A DNA stretch of 64,000 nt from Gordius albopunctatus. Lineage: Eukaryota. The position numbers and the translations under genes are program-made. Shown here one piece after another: positions 10,650-20,161 of this stretch (the first letter of the stretch is position 1; each line of letters begins with the position of its first letter). The notes under the pieces are model-generated. The model made no database searches, was not told the origin of the DNA, and worked only from the letters and a program-made list of their open reading frames with translations. The stretch covers positions 12,524,001 to 12,588,000 of the forward strand of contig OZ193909.1 of assembly GCA_964276515.1 (NCBI GenBank), in the 5' to 3' direction.

Positions 10650-10985
10650 TTAGGGCTTATATTTGGGAAATAACATTTTATTTTTGCAAAATTCAGCATA
10701 ATGCCCAATATCTCCACAATTTACACATCGGGGAGTGACATAATTATTTTTACTTTGGTTTGGGGTATGTAATGATGGATTATTTAATTGCTTATTATTA
10801 AAATAACAATTACGCTGTAAATGATTTGTGTTTCCGCACGTGAAGCACCTCACTCTCTTGGTTAATTTATTAACTAACTGTCCAATTAAAATGCCCAATA
10901 TCAAAATAACAAAGTAATCAATATATTCATATAAATCAGCAAACAAATTTCTTAAATAAAATCGATTATCGTTTTTACCAAACAT
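10650..10985 (-). CDS. ORF1: small protein with a predicted TM helix and two CCHC zinc knuckles (nucleocapsid-like)
   Basis: Hydrophobic YFVILILGILIGQLV; CFTCGNTNHLQRNC and CVNCGDIGHYAEFC (CX2CX4HX4C). Confidence 0.85.
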   Translation of the reverse strand: MFGKNDNRFYLRNLFADLYEYIDYFVILILGILIGQLVNKLTKRVRCFTCGNTNHLQRNCYFNNKQLNNPSLHTPNQSKNNYVTPRCVNCGDIGHYAEFCKNKMLFPKYKP

Positions 10986-11163
10986 GCTAAAATATATTTT
11001 TTAAAATTAATAATTAATGAAATTAATAAAATCACGAAAAATATTATATAATAAATTAACATACCTTTTTATAACGCTGGTTTCCGTGTGTGTCCATTAC
11101 GAATTTCGTCTGTTTTGATCGCGTCTGATTGCGGTTGAGTCTTACGGCTGTGTTTTGTCCTTT

Positions 11164-11284
11164 GGATTGCGGCGGTTTTGATTGTGTTGAATCTTAAGGT
11201 CGACTTTTGTACGAGTATAACCGGGATTGCGGCGGTTTTGCTTGTGTATAATCTTAAGGTCGTCTTTTGTACGAGTATAACCGG
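11164..11284. repeat. Two tandem 60-bp repeats in the LTR element leader
   Basis: GGATTGCGGCGGTTTTG...GTACGAGTATAACCG repeated at a 60-bp period. Confidence 0.95.
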
Positions 11285-11291
11285 GGCACCA
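11282..11291 (-). other. Primer binding site
   Basis: TGGTGCCCCG starting 1 nt after the 5' LTR; complementary to a tRNA ending CGGGGCACCA. Confidence 0.85.
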
Positions 11292-11292
11292 C

Positions 11293-12000
11293 TTTTACAT
11301 CCTTCACCCAAAGGGGAATATGTATTTGTTCTTTGCTGGGAGATTATTTATTTGTACGAGATTATTCACCAAATCTATGATACTCTAATGCTAATTTATT
11401 CACTCCAAAAATGATAATACAACTCCGGAAACGGGATATAATTGAAGTATTCTGCAATAAGTGTTAACACCACAATAATAGCGCGGGAATATAATTTCTA
11501 GCGATTACAGGGGGGGGGGGGGGGAATTGGGTTTACAATGGAGAAATTTTCATTCTACGGGATGAAATCCTATTTCTCTGTTTTTCTCTGTACTATCGAT
11601 TTTGCTGGGACTTATATAGGTTTCTTTTCTTGGCCTGTGCCTTTATCCTTGAAACTTCTTTTCTTTTTGACCCATTTTACCGCGCCAATTTCGTGATGAA
11701 TGGCCCTTCACTTCCAAGGCTTTTCCACGTCCTTTGGAATACTCAGCTGACAGTTCTAGGTTTTCCCTACCTTTCTTATGCCAATTCAATATTTATTACC
11801 AGGTTATGTCGTACCCTTGCTTTTCCTTCTGCTACTTCTTTCAGGCCAAGTCTTAATTTATAGCTGTATCCTTGTACTATTTAACTACCAACCCAAATTT
11901 CGGTAACCTTCCCTTTCCCTTCGTTTATTTTTCATCTTATCACGTGCTCATGCCTTATAAGGGCTGGTTCCCTTTTTAATATTTTCTCATGGATATGACA
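11293..12000 (-). repeat. 5' LTR (708 bp)
   Basis: Direct repeat of 5425-6132, followed by the PBS. Confidence 0.97.
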
Positions 12001-12005
12001 TATAC

Positions 12006-12180
12006 CACCATCGATGTGCGTGCCACATCATGAATCTTGTGGTTAAAGAGGGATTATCAACAATTGAGGGACCACTTGAAAAAATGTACCATGTGGTCCG
12101 GCTAATTCCAAAATGACAAAGTGTCATATGCCCCAACCTAACAATACGCGCTGGAATTCTACCTACATTATGTTAGCTGC
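12006..12180 (+). pseudogene. hAT transposase remnant, right part
   Basis: HHRCACHIMNLVVKEGL (CxxH motif) and TRWNSTYIML, with a stop/frameshift between them. Confidence 0.8.
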
Positions 12181-12414
12181 AGTGCAGCGAATAAATTATA
12201 TTATATATATATATATATAATTTTAATGATTTTTATAGAATATAGTGTGTTTGAATACAATTATCGATAAAAATGTAAATAATAGGGACTTGGTTTTCGA
12301 CCGTCATATAATAATAATAATTGACGTGATAAATAAGCAAAAAAAAATGAATTTGATTTAATGTTTCAAATCGTAAAAAGTTTCAATTTTCCGCAGCACA
12401 TGCCTACATTTTTT

Positions 12415-12840
12415 TAATGTGCGACAAGAAAATGCCAATATGGTTGAAAAGCAAAGCTTACAAATCCATCGTAAGACCGCTGTTACTATATGGAAGTGAA
12501 ACATGGGTATTAAACACGAGGGAAGAAAAGCTAATACAAGCCACAGAGATGAGAATGATACAGTGGAGCTCGGGTATAATAAGCTCGGCCATATGACGAA
12601 TGACTTTGTCATGACAAAAATGGGTATTCAACCTATGGCGGACATGATTAACGAAAATTGGCTAAGGTGGGATGGGCATATACTAAGAACGGACACGCAC
12701 GTGGAAAGGGCAAGTCGATAAAGTTATGGAAACTAAAGAGATTAGTCAAGACATGGCACTCACCCGGTAAAGATGGAAAAAACTTATCGAAACAAACCCC
12801 ACGAATGTGGGACCAAATATCTGATAAAGAAGAAGACGAA
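12415..12840 (+). mobile_element. 5'-truncated RTE family A copy with internal deletions
   Basis: Matches ~15424-15920 and ends in a GAAGAAGACGAA tail. Confidence 0.9.
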
Positions 12841-12925
12841 TTAATTAATTAATTAATTAGATGTTAACATTAACATTTTCTCTTTTTTTAATTAATTATT
12901 TTTAATTTTAATAAGTATTTAATTT

Positions 12926-14071
12926 ATGATAGTTTCAAACGAGATTTTACAAGAAAAGGCTAGGGCGTCCTCCACAAACGACGCGCACTGCATACCCCGC
13001 CCGTGCAATGTGAAAAATACACTAGGGTTACTGCCCAACTCACAACGAAGGCGGTTAAGGAAACTAGTTGTGGAAAGAATGCGAATTACGTGCTGGAATG
13101 TGGGAACGTTGACGGGGAAGAGCATCGAGGTCGCACAGATGTTAAAAAGAAGAAAGGTACACATCGCCTGCCTACAAGAGACGAGGTGGAACAGAACGAA
13201 AGCTCGGGAATTAGGAGAAGGATACAAGCTTTTCTACAGTGGGTCACCAAATCGTAGAAACGGGGTTGGTATCGTTCTAAGTGAATCGTTCAAGGACAAG
13301 GTGGTGGAAGTCAAACGTTGTTCCGACAGGCTAATGTGGGTGAAGATTGCAGATCAAGGGGGCCTCCTAACCGTTATGTGCGCGTATGCTCCCCAAATTG
13401 GGTGTTCGGAATCAGAGAAAGACATATTCTTCGAATCATTGGAAAAGGAAATACAAGGAATCCGACAGGAAGAAAGGCTAATTATTGGGGCCGATTTCAA
13501 CGCTCACGTAGGGAAAGATCGCCTCGGGTATGAACGCAATCATGGAGGCTATGGGCATGGTCTGAAGAACAAAGAAGGGGAAAAACTTCTCCAAGTATCC
13601 CAAGCAGATGACATGGCGATCGTTAACACCTATTTTCAAAAGCGCGAAGATCATATTGTGACCTATAGAAGTGGGAAGCATTTTAGTCAAATCGACTATT
13701 TGCTTATACGGCGAAAGGACTTATGGAGTATCAAAGATTGCAAAGTAATACCGGGAGAAGAAATCGCCAGGCAACATCGTCCCCTTGTTATGGATCTTGA
13801 CAGAAGAGTATTTCCCGAAAGAAGAAAGGTATATGAACCTCGAATTCGATACGAAAGGCTAAAGAATACGTCGACGAACGAAGAATACCATCAAAAAGCC
13901 TCCTCACTCTTGGGTGCAAGGAAGTTGCAAAGGGACGTAGACGAAGATTGGGAAACGCTATCTAAGGACATTAAGGAAACAGCGATTCGTGTTCTAGGAC
14001 AGACCAAAGGAGGCAAAGCTATGAATAGCTATGGTGGTGGGATCAATCGGTTAAAGATTGCATCGAAATAA
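12926..14071 (+). CDS. RTE apurinic-like endonuclease domain (frameshifts near 14028)
   Basis: WNVGTL, CLQETRW, GVGIVL, AYAPQ, GADFNAHVG, QIDYLL, QHRPL. Confidence 0.93.
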   Translation: MIVSNEILQEKARASSTNDAHCIPRPCNVKNTLGLLPNSQRRRLRKLVVERMRITCWNVGTLTGKSIEVAQMLKRRKVHIACLQETRWNRTKARELGEGYKLFYSGSPNRRNGVGIVLSESFKDKVVEVKRCSDRLMWVKIADQGGLLTVMCAYAPQIGCSESEKDIFFESLEKEIQGIRQEERLIIGADFNAHVGKDRLGYERNHGGYGHGLKNKEGEKLLQVSQADDMAIVNTYFQKREDHIVTYRSGKHFSQIDYLLIRRKDLWSIKDCKVIPGEEIARQHRPLVMDLDRRVFPERRKVYEPRIRYERLKNTSTNEEYHQKASSLLGARKLQRDVDEDWETLSKDIKETAIRVLGQTKGGKAMNSYGGGINRLKIASK

Positions 14072-14193
14072 AGAAAAATCTATATAGACGGTGGCATAAA
14101 TCAAAAAAGTCGGAGGATTATCAAGAGTACAGGGACGCAAAGAGGGCCGCAAAAAAGGCCGTTGCAAAAGCGAAGAATGCTGCGTACACCGAG

Positions 14194-15903
14194 ATGGCAA
14201 ACAAACTGGATCATAAAGGGGGCGATAGGCTTATGTACAAATTGGCCAAGATAAGGGAGAAGAAAAGTCGAGATGTCGGGGTTCTTAAAATAGTCAAAAG
14301 CGAGAAGGGTCAAACCTTATTCAAGCCGAAGGAAGTGATGGAAAGGTGGAAAGGATATTTTAAGAAACTTATGAATATTGCAAATGACAAGGATTCCCTT
14401 CCCGAAATTGAGCCAAATATAAGTATGGTCGAACTCTTTCAGAAGGATGAAGTTAGGACACAAATGAACAAGATGCAAAAAGGAAAAGCGAATGGCCCAG
14501 ATGGAATACCTATGGAAGCATTGCTCGGATGTCGTGAAGAAGGAGTCACCACCATGACGAACCTCCTTAACAAGATATTGGTAGAAGAGCGAATCCCTAA
14601 TCAATGGAGAGCAAGCACGATTATACCTTTATTCAAAGGGAAAGGAGACCCTCAGGACTGCGGCAATTACAGAGGTATCAAGCTAACTTGCCACTCCTTG
14701 AAGCTTTTGGAAAGGATCTTAGTAACAAGGCTGAAAAACGAGGTGGAAATATCGGCTAATCAATTCGGATTCGTGGCCGGCAAATCCACAATCGACCCAA
14801 TCTTTGCCCTAAGACAAATGATGGATAAGTATGGTGAAAAGAGGAAAGACCTACATATGGTTTTTATCGACTTGGAGAAAGCTTATGACACGGTCCCCCG
14901 CGATTTAATTTGGTGGTGCCTGAGGAAACAAAATATCCCTGACGCATATATACGGCTTATGAAAAATATCTATGAAGCCTCAAACTCTTGCGTTAGGACG
15001 ACAGTTGGAGACTCTAAACTTTTTCGGGTTAATATTGGATTACATCAAGGCTCTGCTTTAAGTCCCTTTTTATTTAATATAATTATAGACACGATAACGA
15101 GGGACTTTCTAAAGCCATCGCCATGGTGTATGCTATATGCCGATGATATAGTACTATGCGAGGAAACAAGGGAGAAGGTATTCGAAAAAGCAGAAAAGTG
15201 GTCAAAGCGCTTAGCTGGATATGGTTTAAAGGTCAACGATCGAAAAACGGTATACATGGAAATGAACGGTACAAGCACCCCATCGCTGGATGACCACCTA
15301 AAGTACCCAAAAGTAGACAGGTTTAATTACCTCGGCTCTATGCTACATCAAGAGGGAGGTTGCGCAACTGAAATCAATGCCCGGATTCAAAAAGGATGGC
15401 TTAAATGGCGAAGTATATCCGGTGTAATGTGCGACAAGAAAATGCCAATATGGTTAAAGAGCAAAGCTTACAAATCCATCGTAAGACCGGTGTTACTCTA
15501 TGGAAGTGAAACATGGGCATTAAACACCACGGAAGGAAAGCTATTACAAGCCACGGAGATGAGAATGATACGGTGGAGCTTGGGGTATACTAAGCTCGAC
15601 CATATGACGAATGACTTTCTCATGACAAAAATGGGTATTCAACCTATGGCGGACATGATTAACGAAAATCGGCTAAGGTGGTATGGGCATATACTAAGAA
15701 GGGACCCGGATGACGTAAATCGAAAAGTGCTAGACATGAAAATACCGGGGAAGAGAGGAAGAGGACGACCCCGTGTCACGTGGAAAAGGCAAGTCGATAA
15801 AGTTATGGAAACTAAAGAGATTCGTCAAGACATGGCACTAACCCGGTCAAGATGGAAGAGACTCATCAAAACAAACCCCACCAATGTGGGACCAAATAAC
15901 TGA
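14194..15903 (+). CDS. RTE reverse transcriptase domain
   Basis: GKANGPD, NYRGIKL, QFGF, FIDLEKAYD, GLHQGSALSP, LYADD, FNYLGS, RLRWYGHILRR, RGRGRP. Confidence 0.96.
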   Translation: MANKLDHKGGDRLMYKLAKIREKKSRDVGVLKIVKSEKGQTLFKPKEVMERWKGYFKKLMNIANDKDSLPEIEPNISMVELFQKDEVRTQMNKMQKGKANGPDGIPMEALLGCREEGVTTMTNLLNKILVEERIPNQWRASTIIPLFKGKGDPQDCGNYRGIKLTCHSLKLLERILVTRLKNEVEISANQFGFVAGKSTIDPIFALRQMMDKYGEKRKDLHMVFIDLEKAYDTVPRDLIWWCLRKQNIPDAYIRLMKNIYEASNSCVRTTVGDSKLFRVNIGLHQGSALSPFLFNIIIDTITRDFLKPSPWCMLYADDIVLCEETREKVFEKAEKWSKRLAGYGLKVNDRKTVYMEMNGTSTPSLDDHLKYPKVDRFNYLGSMLHQEGGCATEINARIQKGWLKWRSISGVMCDKKMPIWLKSKAYKSIVRPVLLYGSETWALNTTEGKLLQATEMRMIRWSLGYTKLDHMTNDFLMTKMGIQPMADMINENRLRWYGHILRRDPDDVNRKVLDMKIPGKRGRGRPRVTWKRQVDKVMETKEIRQDMALTRSRWKRLIKTNPTNVGPNN

Positions 15904-16001
15904 TAAAGAAGAAAGAAGAAGAAGTATTTATAATTAGATTCAGAATCAATATAAAATCAATATTAGGTTTAATTTAGTTGTGTAAATCATACGTAGCGTA
16001 G

Positions 16002-17168
16002 CAGGCGCGTAGCCATGATTTTCTCAAGGGGGAAGAAAAATTCAAAAAAAAATTTCGACACTTTTATTTATAATGTAACAAAAATAAACTTCGTGTACAA
16101 TATATGCGAAACTTCAAGGCGCTATATAACCAGCTTTGGAAAAATCTCTTATCTTTATTAATCAGACCATTTACTATCGCTTTCATACCTTGAAAAAGGA
16201 CATTGACCTTATGTAAGTTATTCAACTAGCAGAAAATATTATCCTTTAAATAAAATTAAATAATGGCGGAAATCAAAGCAAAATTATATGCGTTTGGTCT
16301 GAAAAAATTCTGAAGTTGCTAATATGCAAAATTATACAGTCACTCAATTTGTTTACTTCACATTTTTTAGTACAGCTAAATGAACGCTGTTTAGATAAAA
16401 AACAAGTTTTAGCTAATTTACAAATACTCTTTACACAAAATTCAATTTTACCTAATTTCAGTCACGAGGAAAATAATAGAAGTGGTGGTTGATAAATTTT
16501 ATAAAATTCTGCCAACTTATCTTTATAATGTTTTATGGTGTTAACATACAAAGATATGTCATGCGGCTGCTGGTTTGATGATGATCTAAGTCTAACATTA
16601 AATCATTTCAATTAACATTTTACAAATTCCAATTAACTCTTAGTAAACTAAAAAAGACAAAATTTGACATATACCATTTGATTTTAGAATAGGTGAGACA
16701 TGGGCGTAGCCAGGTTTTGGATTAGGGGGGGCAACGTTTACGACTTCAATCAGGGGGGGGGGGCAAAAGCTAAAAAAATTTAATTATTAAGGGTTTTTGC
16801 ATTGAAAAAACAATTACTATAACTATACTATATAAACATAAATAAAAGCCTAACCCACTTACTAGCAATACCAGGGTCCAGGGTCTGGTATTTATAGTGA
16901 GAAAAATATTGTATACAAACTCTTTTCATAATTTACAATCAATTGTGGAAAATTATAATAGTGGGGTGCAAGCTTTTAGTCAAAAATTAAATTCTAAAAA
17001 TTAAATGTACATATTATGTTTCCAGCTTTTTATAAGTGTCTCAAAATCTTCTATGCAACTAAGCTATAATATTTTAACCCTTTTAATCTAATAATTAATC
17101 AAAAAAATTTCAAATTTTGGTCAAGGGGTTAGAAATTTTTGCTTTCTGCCCCCTTGGCTACGCGCCTA
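16002..17168. mobile_element. Non-autonomous hAT-type element just upstream of MON2
   Basis: TIR CAGGCGCGTAGCC / GGCTACGCGCCTA; flanks TAGCGTAG and TAGGGTAG (7/8 match); a related CATGGGCGTAGCC end sits inside at ~16699. Confidence 0.7.
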
Positions 17169-17286
17169 TAGGGTAGACATATAGTCTATGAGCGTAGATA
17201 AAAAATTTTCGAGTGTGCATGTTAATGTACCAGGTTGGGGACATGTTAGCCCAAATCATATGCTCTCTTAAAACGTAAAATATAGC

Positions 17287-20129
17287 ATGAATAAGAAGCA
17301 AAACGATTCTTTGCAAGCTGAGTATAGAAATTTGTCGAATGATGCTAAAAAAAAGTATTCCCAAATTAAAGAAGTAAATTGACTACTTGATTTTATCAGC
17401 TATATCTAGGCAGCTGAGATCAGCATAGTTAAATTAAGAGAATGTCAGAATTTAGAATCAAGTAATGAGCATATATACCTAGATCTGCTACAGCCATTTG
17501 TTTTGGCTTGCGAAACGAAACAAACTAACTTGATTTTGTCATCATTATTAGGAATGCAGAAGTTACTTAACTATAATTTAGTCAACAAAGTAATGTTTAA
17601 ATAATTTGTGTTTATATGTTTCTAGGAAACTTCTACAATGATGGTTAAAATTATGATGAATTTGGTAAAAAATGGTACTGAGGAAATTAGGATCCTACAA
17701 ACAACAATTTTACTTTTGACCTCTAATACATTGGTTCAAAATAATATATTGGCTAATTCTTTAGTCAGTTGCTTTTTGATTTATTCCCAAAAAATGCCAC
17801 AGGATGCTCATGCTAAGGAAAAAGACAATGCAACAATTGTTAGCACTGCAGCTGCAACCATAAGACAATTAGTGTCAGTTGTACTTGAAAGGGTTACTTT
17901 AAAGAATATGGAATCTACCTTAAGTATTTATAATTTCTTCTTGCTCTTATACATATATATGGAATTGCTTGTACTCTACTCATCCTATTTTGAAAGTTAT
18001 TAACATAATAATTTGAGTTACATTTTATATGTAGCTATTATTATAACTGATTTTCAGAATATTCTGATCAAGCTTATTATTTTAAGCCTTCACTAAATTA
18101 TTTGCCTATTCCATATTCCTTAGACCAATGCATACTTGATAATTTAAAAAGAATAGACTAGTCAGGCTCTCTTGAAAATAGAAAATTGCAACTTTGCAAT
18201 TTTTATTGAAATTACCGTTCTAATTTAAATTAAAAAAATATTACATTTATACTTTTCCCAATGTAAAGTTAAATCTAAAATGCATATAACTTAGGAGTAA
18301 ACCTTGTTAAAGAACTTTAGGTAAAACATTATCAATCACAAAAAAAGCCTCAAGGTGTATTGTATTTATTAACCTTACATTCACCATGTTTCTCCAAAGT
18401 TTAAATTGTGAAATAATTACTGGTATAATCAATATTAAAATTACATCAAAATAAAATTTTTATGGACATGTAGGTTTATTTTTGGGATAATTTAGCATAC
18501 ATTTGGTATGAAGTACCCTTAGTAACTCCATGGATTGATAGTTCATATTATGTAAAAGTATATTTTTTTAGGTATTAAAATAAGAAAAAAGTCAAAATTA
18601 AGACGCTCTACTAATATTTATGAAATGAAGTAGGAAGTTTAATAAATATTACCTTAACATTCTATTAATCACTAGATGAACCCGGCAAACGTTGTTTTGC
18701 CATTTACCCGGTTGTATTAAATTATGTTGGAATTTTAGGGCATACATGATGATAAAGCATATTGAAGTAAAAATAAAGTTTGATAATTTTCAAACAAATA
18801 GTTAAAGAGGGTCCAAGGCCCAGGCCCACCCAAGAGAGAAAACCTGGTCCCATGCCCCCCCCCCCCCAAAGGAAAAATCTTTGGCCCCTGGCCCTTCAAG
18901 CAATTTTTTTTTGTGATTAAGAACCAATATCATAATTATTTGTTTCTGAATAAAACTTTTAATTCTGAACTTAATAATGTCCGAAGAACTGAGATATATC
19001 AACATTTATTGGCACTTTGTTAATTGTATTTTCATTTTTCTCCTTATTTAACGCGCAAAAAATGACAAAATTAGATTTTTAATTTATTCAGCCACGCAGG
19101 AGGGGACACGACCACCCTATAATAATAATAATAAATGACGTGAAAAATAAGCAAAAAAATGACTTTGATTCATGAGCGTACCCCTCCCCCCCCTAATTTA
19201 AAAAAAATAATTTTTCAATACAAAAACCCTTAAAAATTATGTTTTGCCCCCCCCCCCCCCTAATTAGCCAGGGAAGGGCAGAAAGGGCGGCTAACCCCTG
19301 CGAGTCTCAGGAAAAATTTAGGAATTTAGTAGTCGAAGACCTTTTTTGCTCTCATGAAAATTTTTGGATAGTCGAGAAAATTTTTTTTTGAAATCTGCCC
19401 CCCCCCCCCAATTCAAAACCTGTTTATTATACAATAATACCATTATTTTATTTTTCTAGTTAGCTGATTTATTTGAAATACAATTTTCTTTAATATAATA
19501 AAAAAATAATTGAAGGATGGATAATTATTGAAAATATGCTTCCATGATCGACCACGTGATAATAATTTAAATATTATTTATTTAATTTAAATAGTTTGTT
19601 AAACCCCAATAATTTTGACCGTATACTGTAACATTTTTATTATACTTTTAAATATCTAATGCGAGAAAACTTTAGCCTTGTATATATGACGTCATTATTG
19701 TATATGATGCTATAAATGAAACTGGCCGGGAAACGTCCGATATTTTTAAAACGAAAAGGTATTTTAGGAATCTGAAAAAGCTATTTTACCCCTGGCCGCC
19801 TTGGGCATCTACGGCTAAACTTTCGCGCGAATCGGGCCGGTAGTTTTAGAATTAAGCTATTTTTTAAAACTAAAAGGCCCATATTTTTAAAACTAAAAGG
19901 AATTTTAGGATTCTGAAAAAGCTTTTTTACCCCTGCTAGCCCTAGGCATATACGGTTAAATTTTCGCGCGAATCGGGCCGGTAGTTTCAGAATTTAGCCC
20001 TTACATACACATATACATGCATACATACATACATACATACATACATACATACATACATACATACATACATACATACATACATACATACATACATACATAC
20101 ATACATACATACATACATACATACATACA

Positions 20130-20161
<32 letters not shown>

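Larger units (their letters stand above)
5425..12000 (-). mobile_element. Ty3/gypsy LTR retrotransposon with atypical organisation, recent insertion
   Basis: Two 708-bp LTRs with no differences seen; 5-bp TSD TATAC (5420-5424, 12001-12005); PBS and PPT present; PR-RT-(RH)-INT order. Confidence 0.97.
12925..15923 (+). mobile_element. Near-complete RTE-clade LINE (family A), AP endonuclease + RT, one frameshift
   Basis: ORFs 12926-14071 and 14194-15903; (GAA)n tail; candidate TSD AAGTATTTA at 12913-12921 and 15922-15930. Confidence 0.96.
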
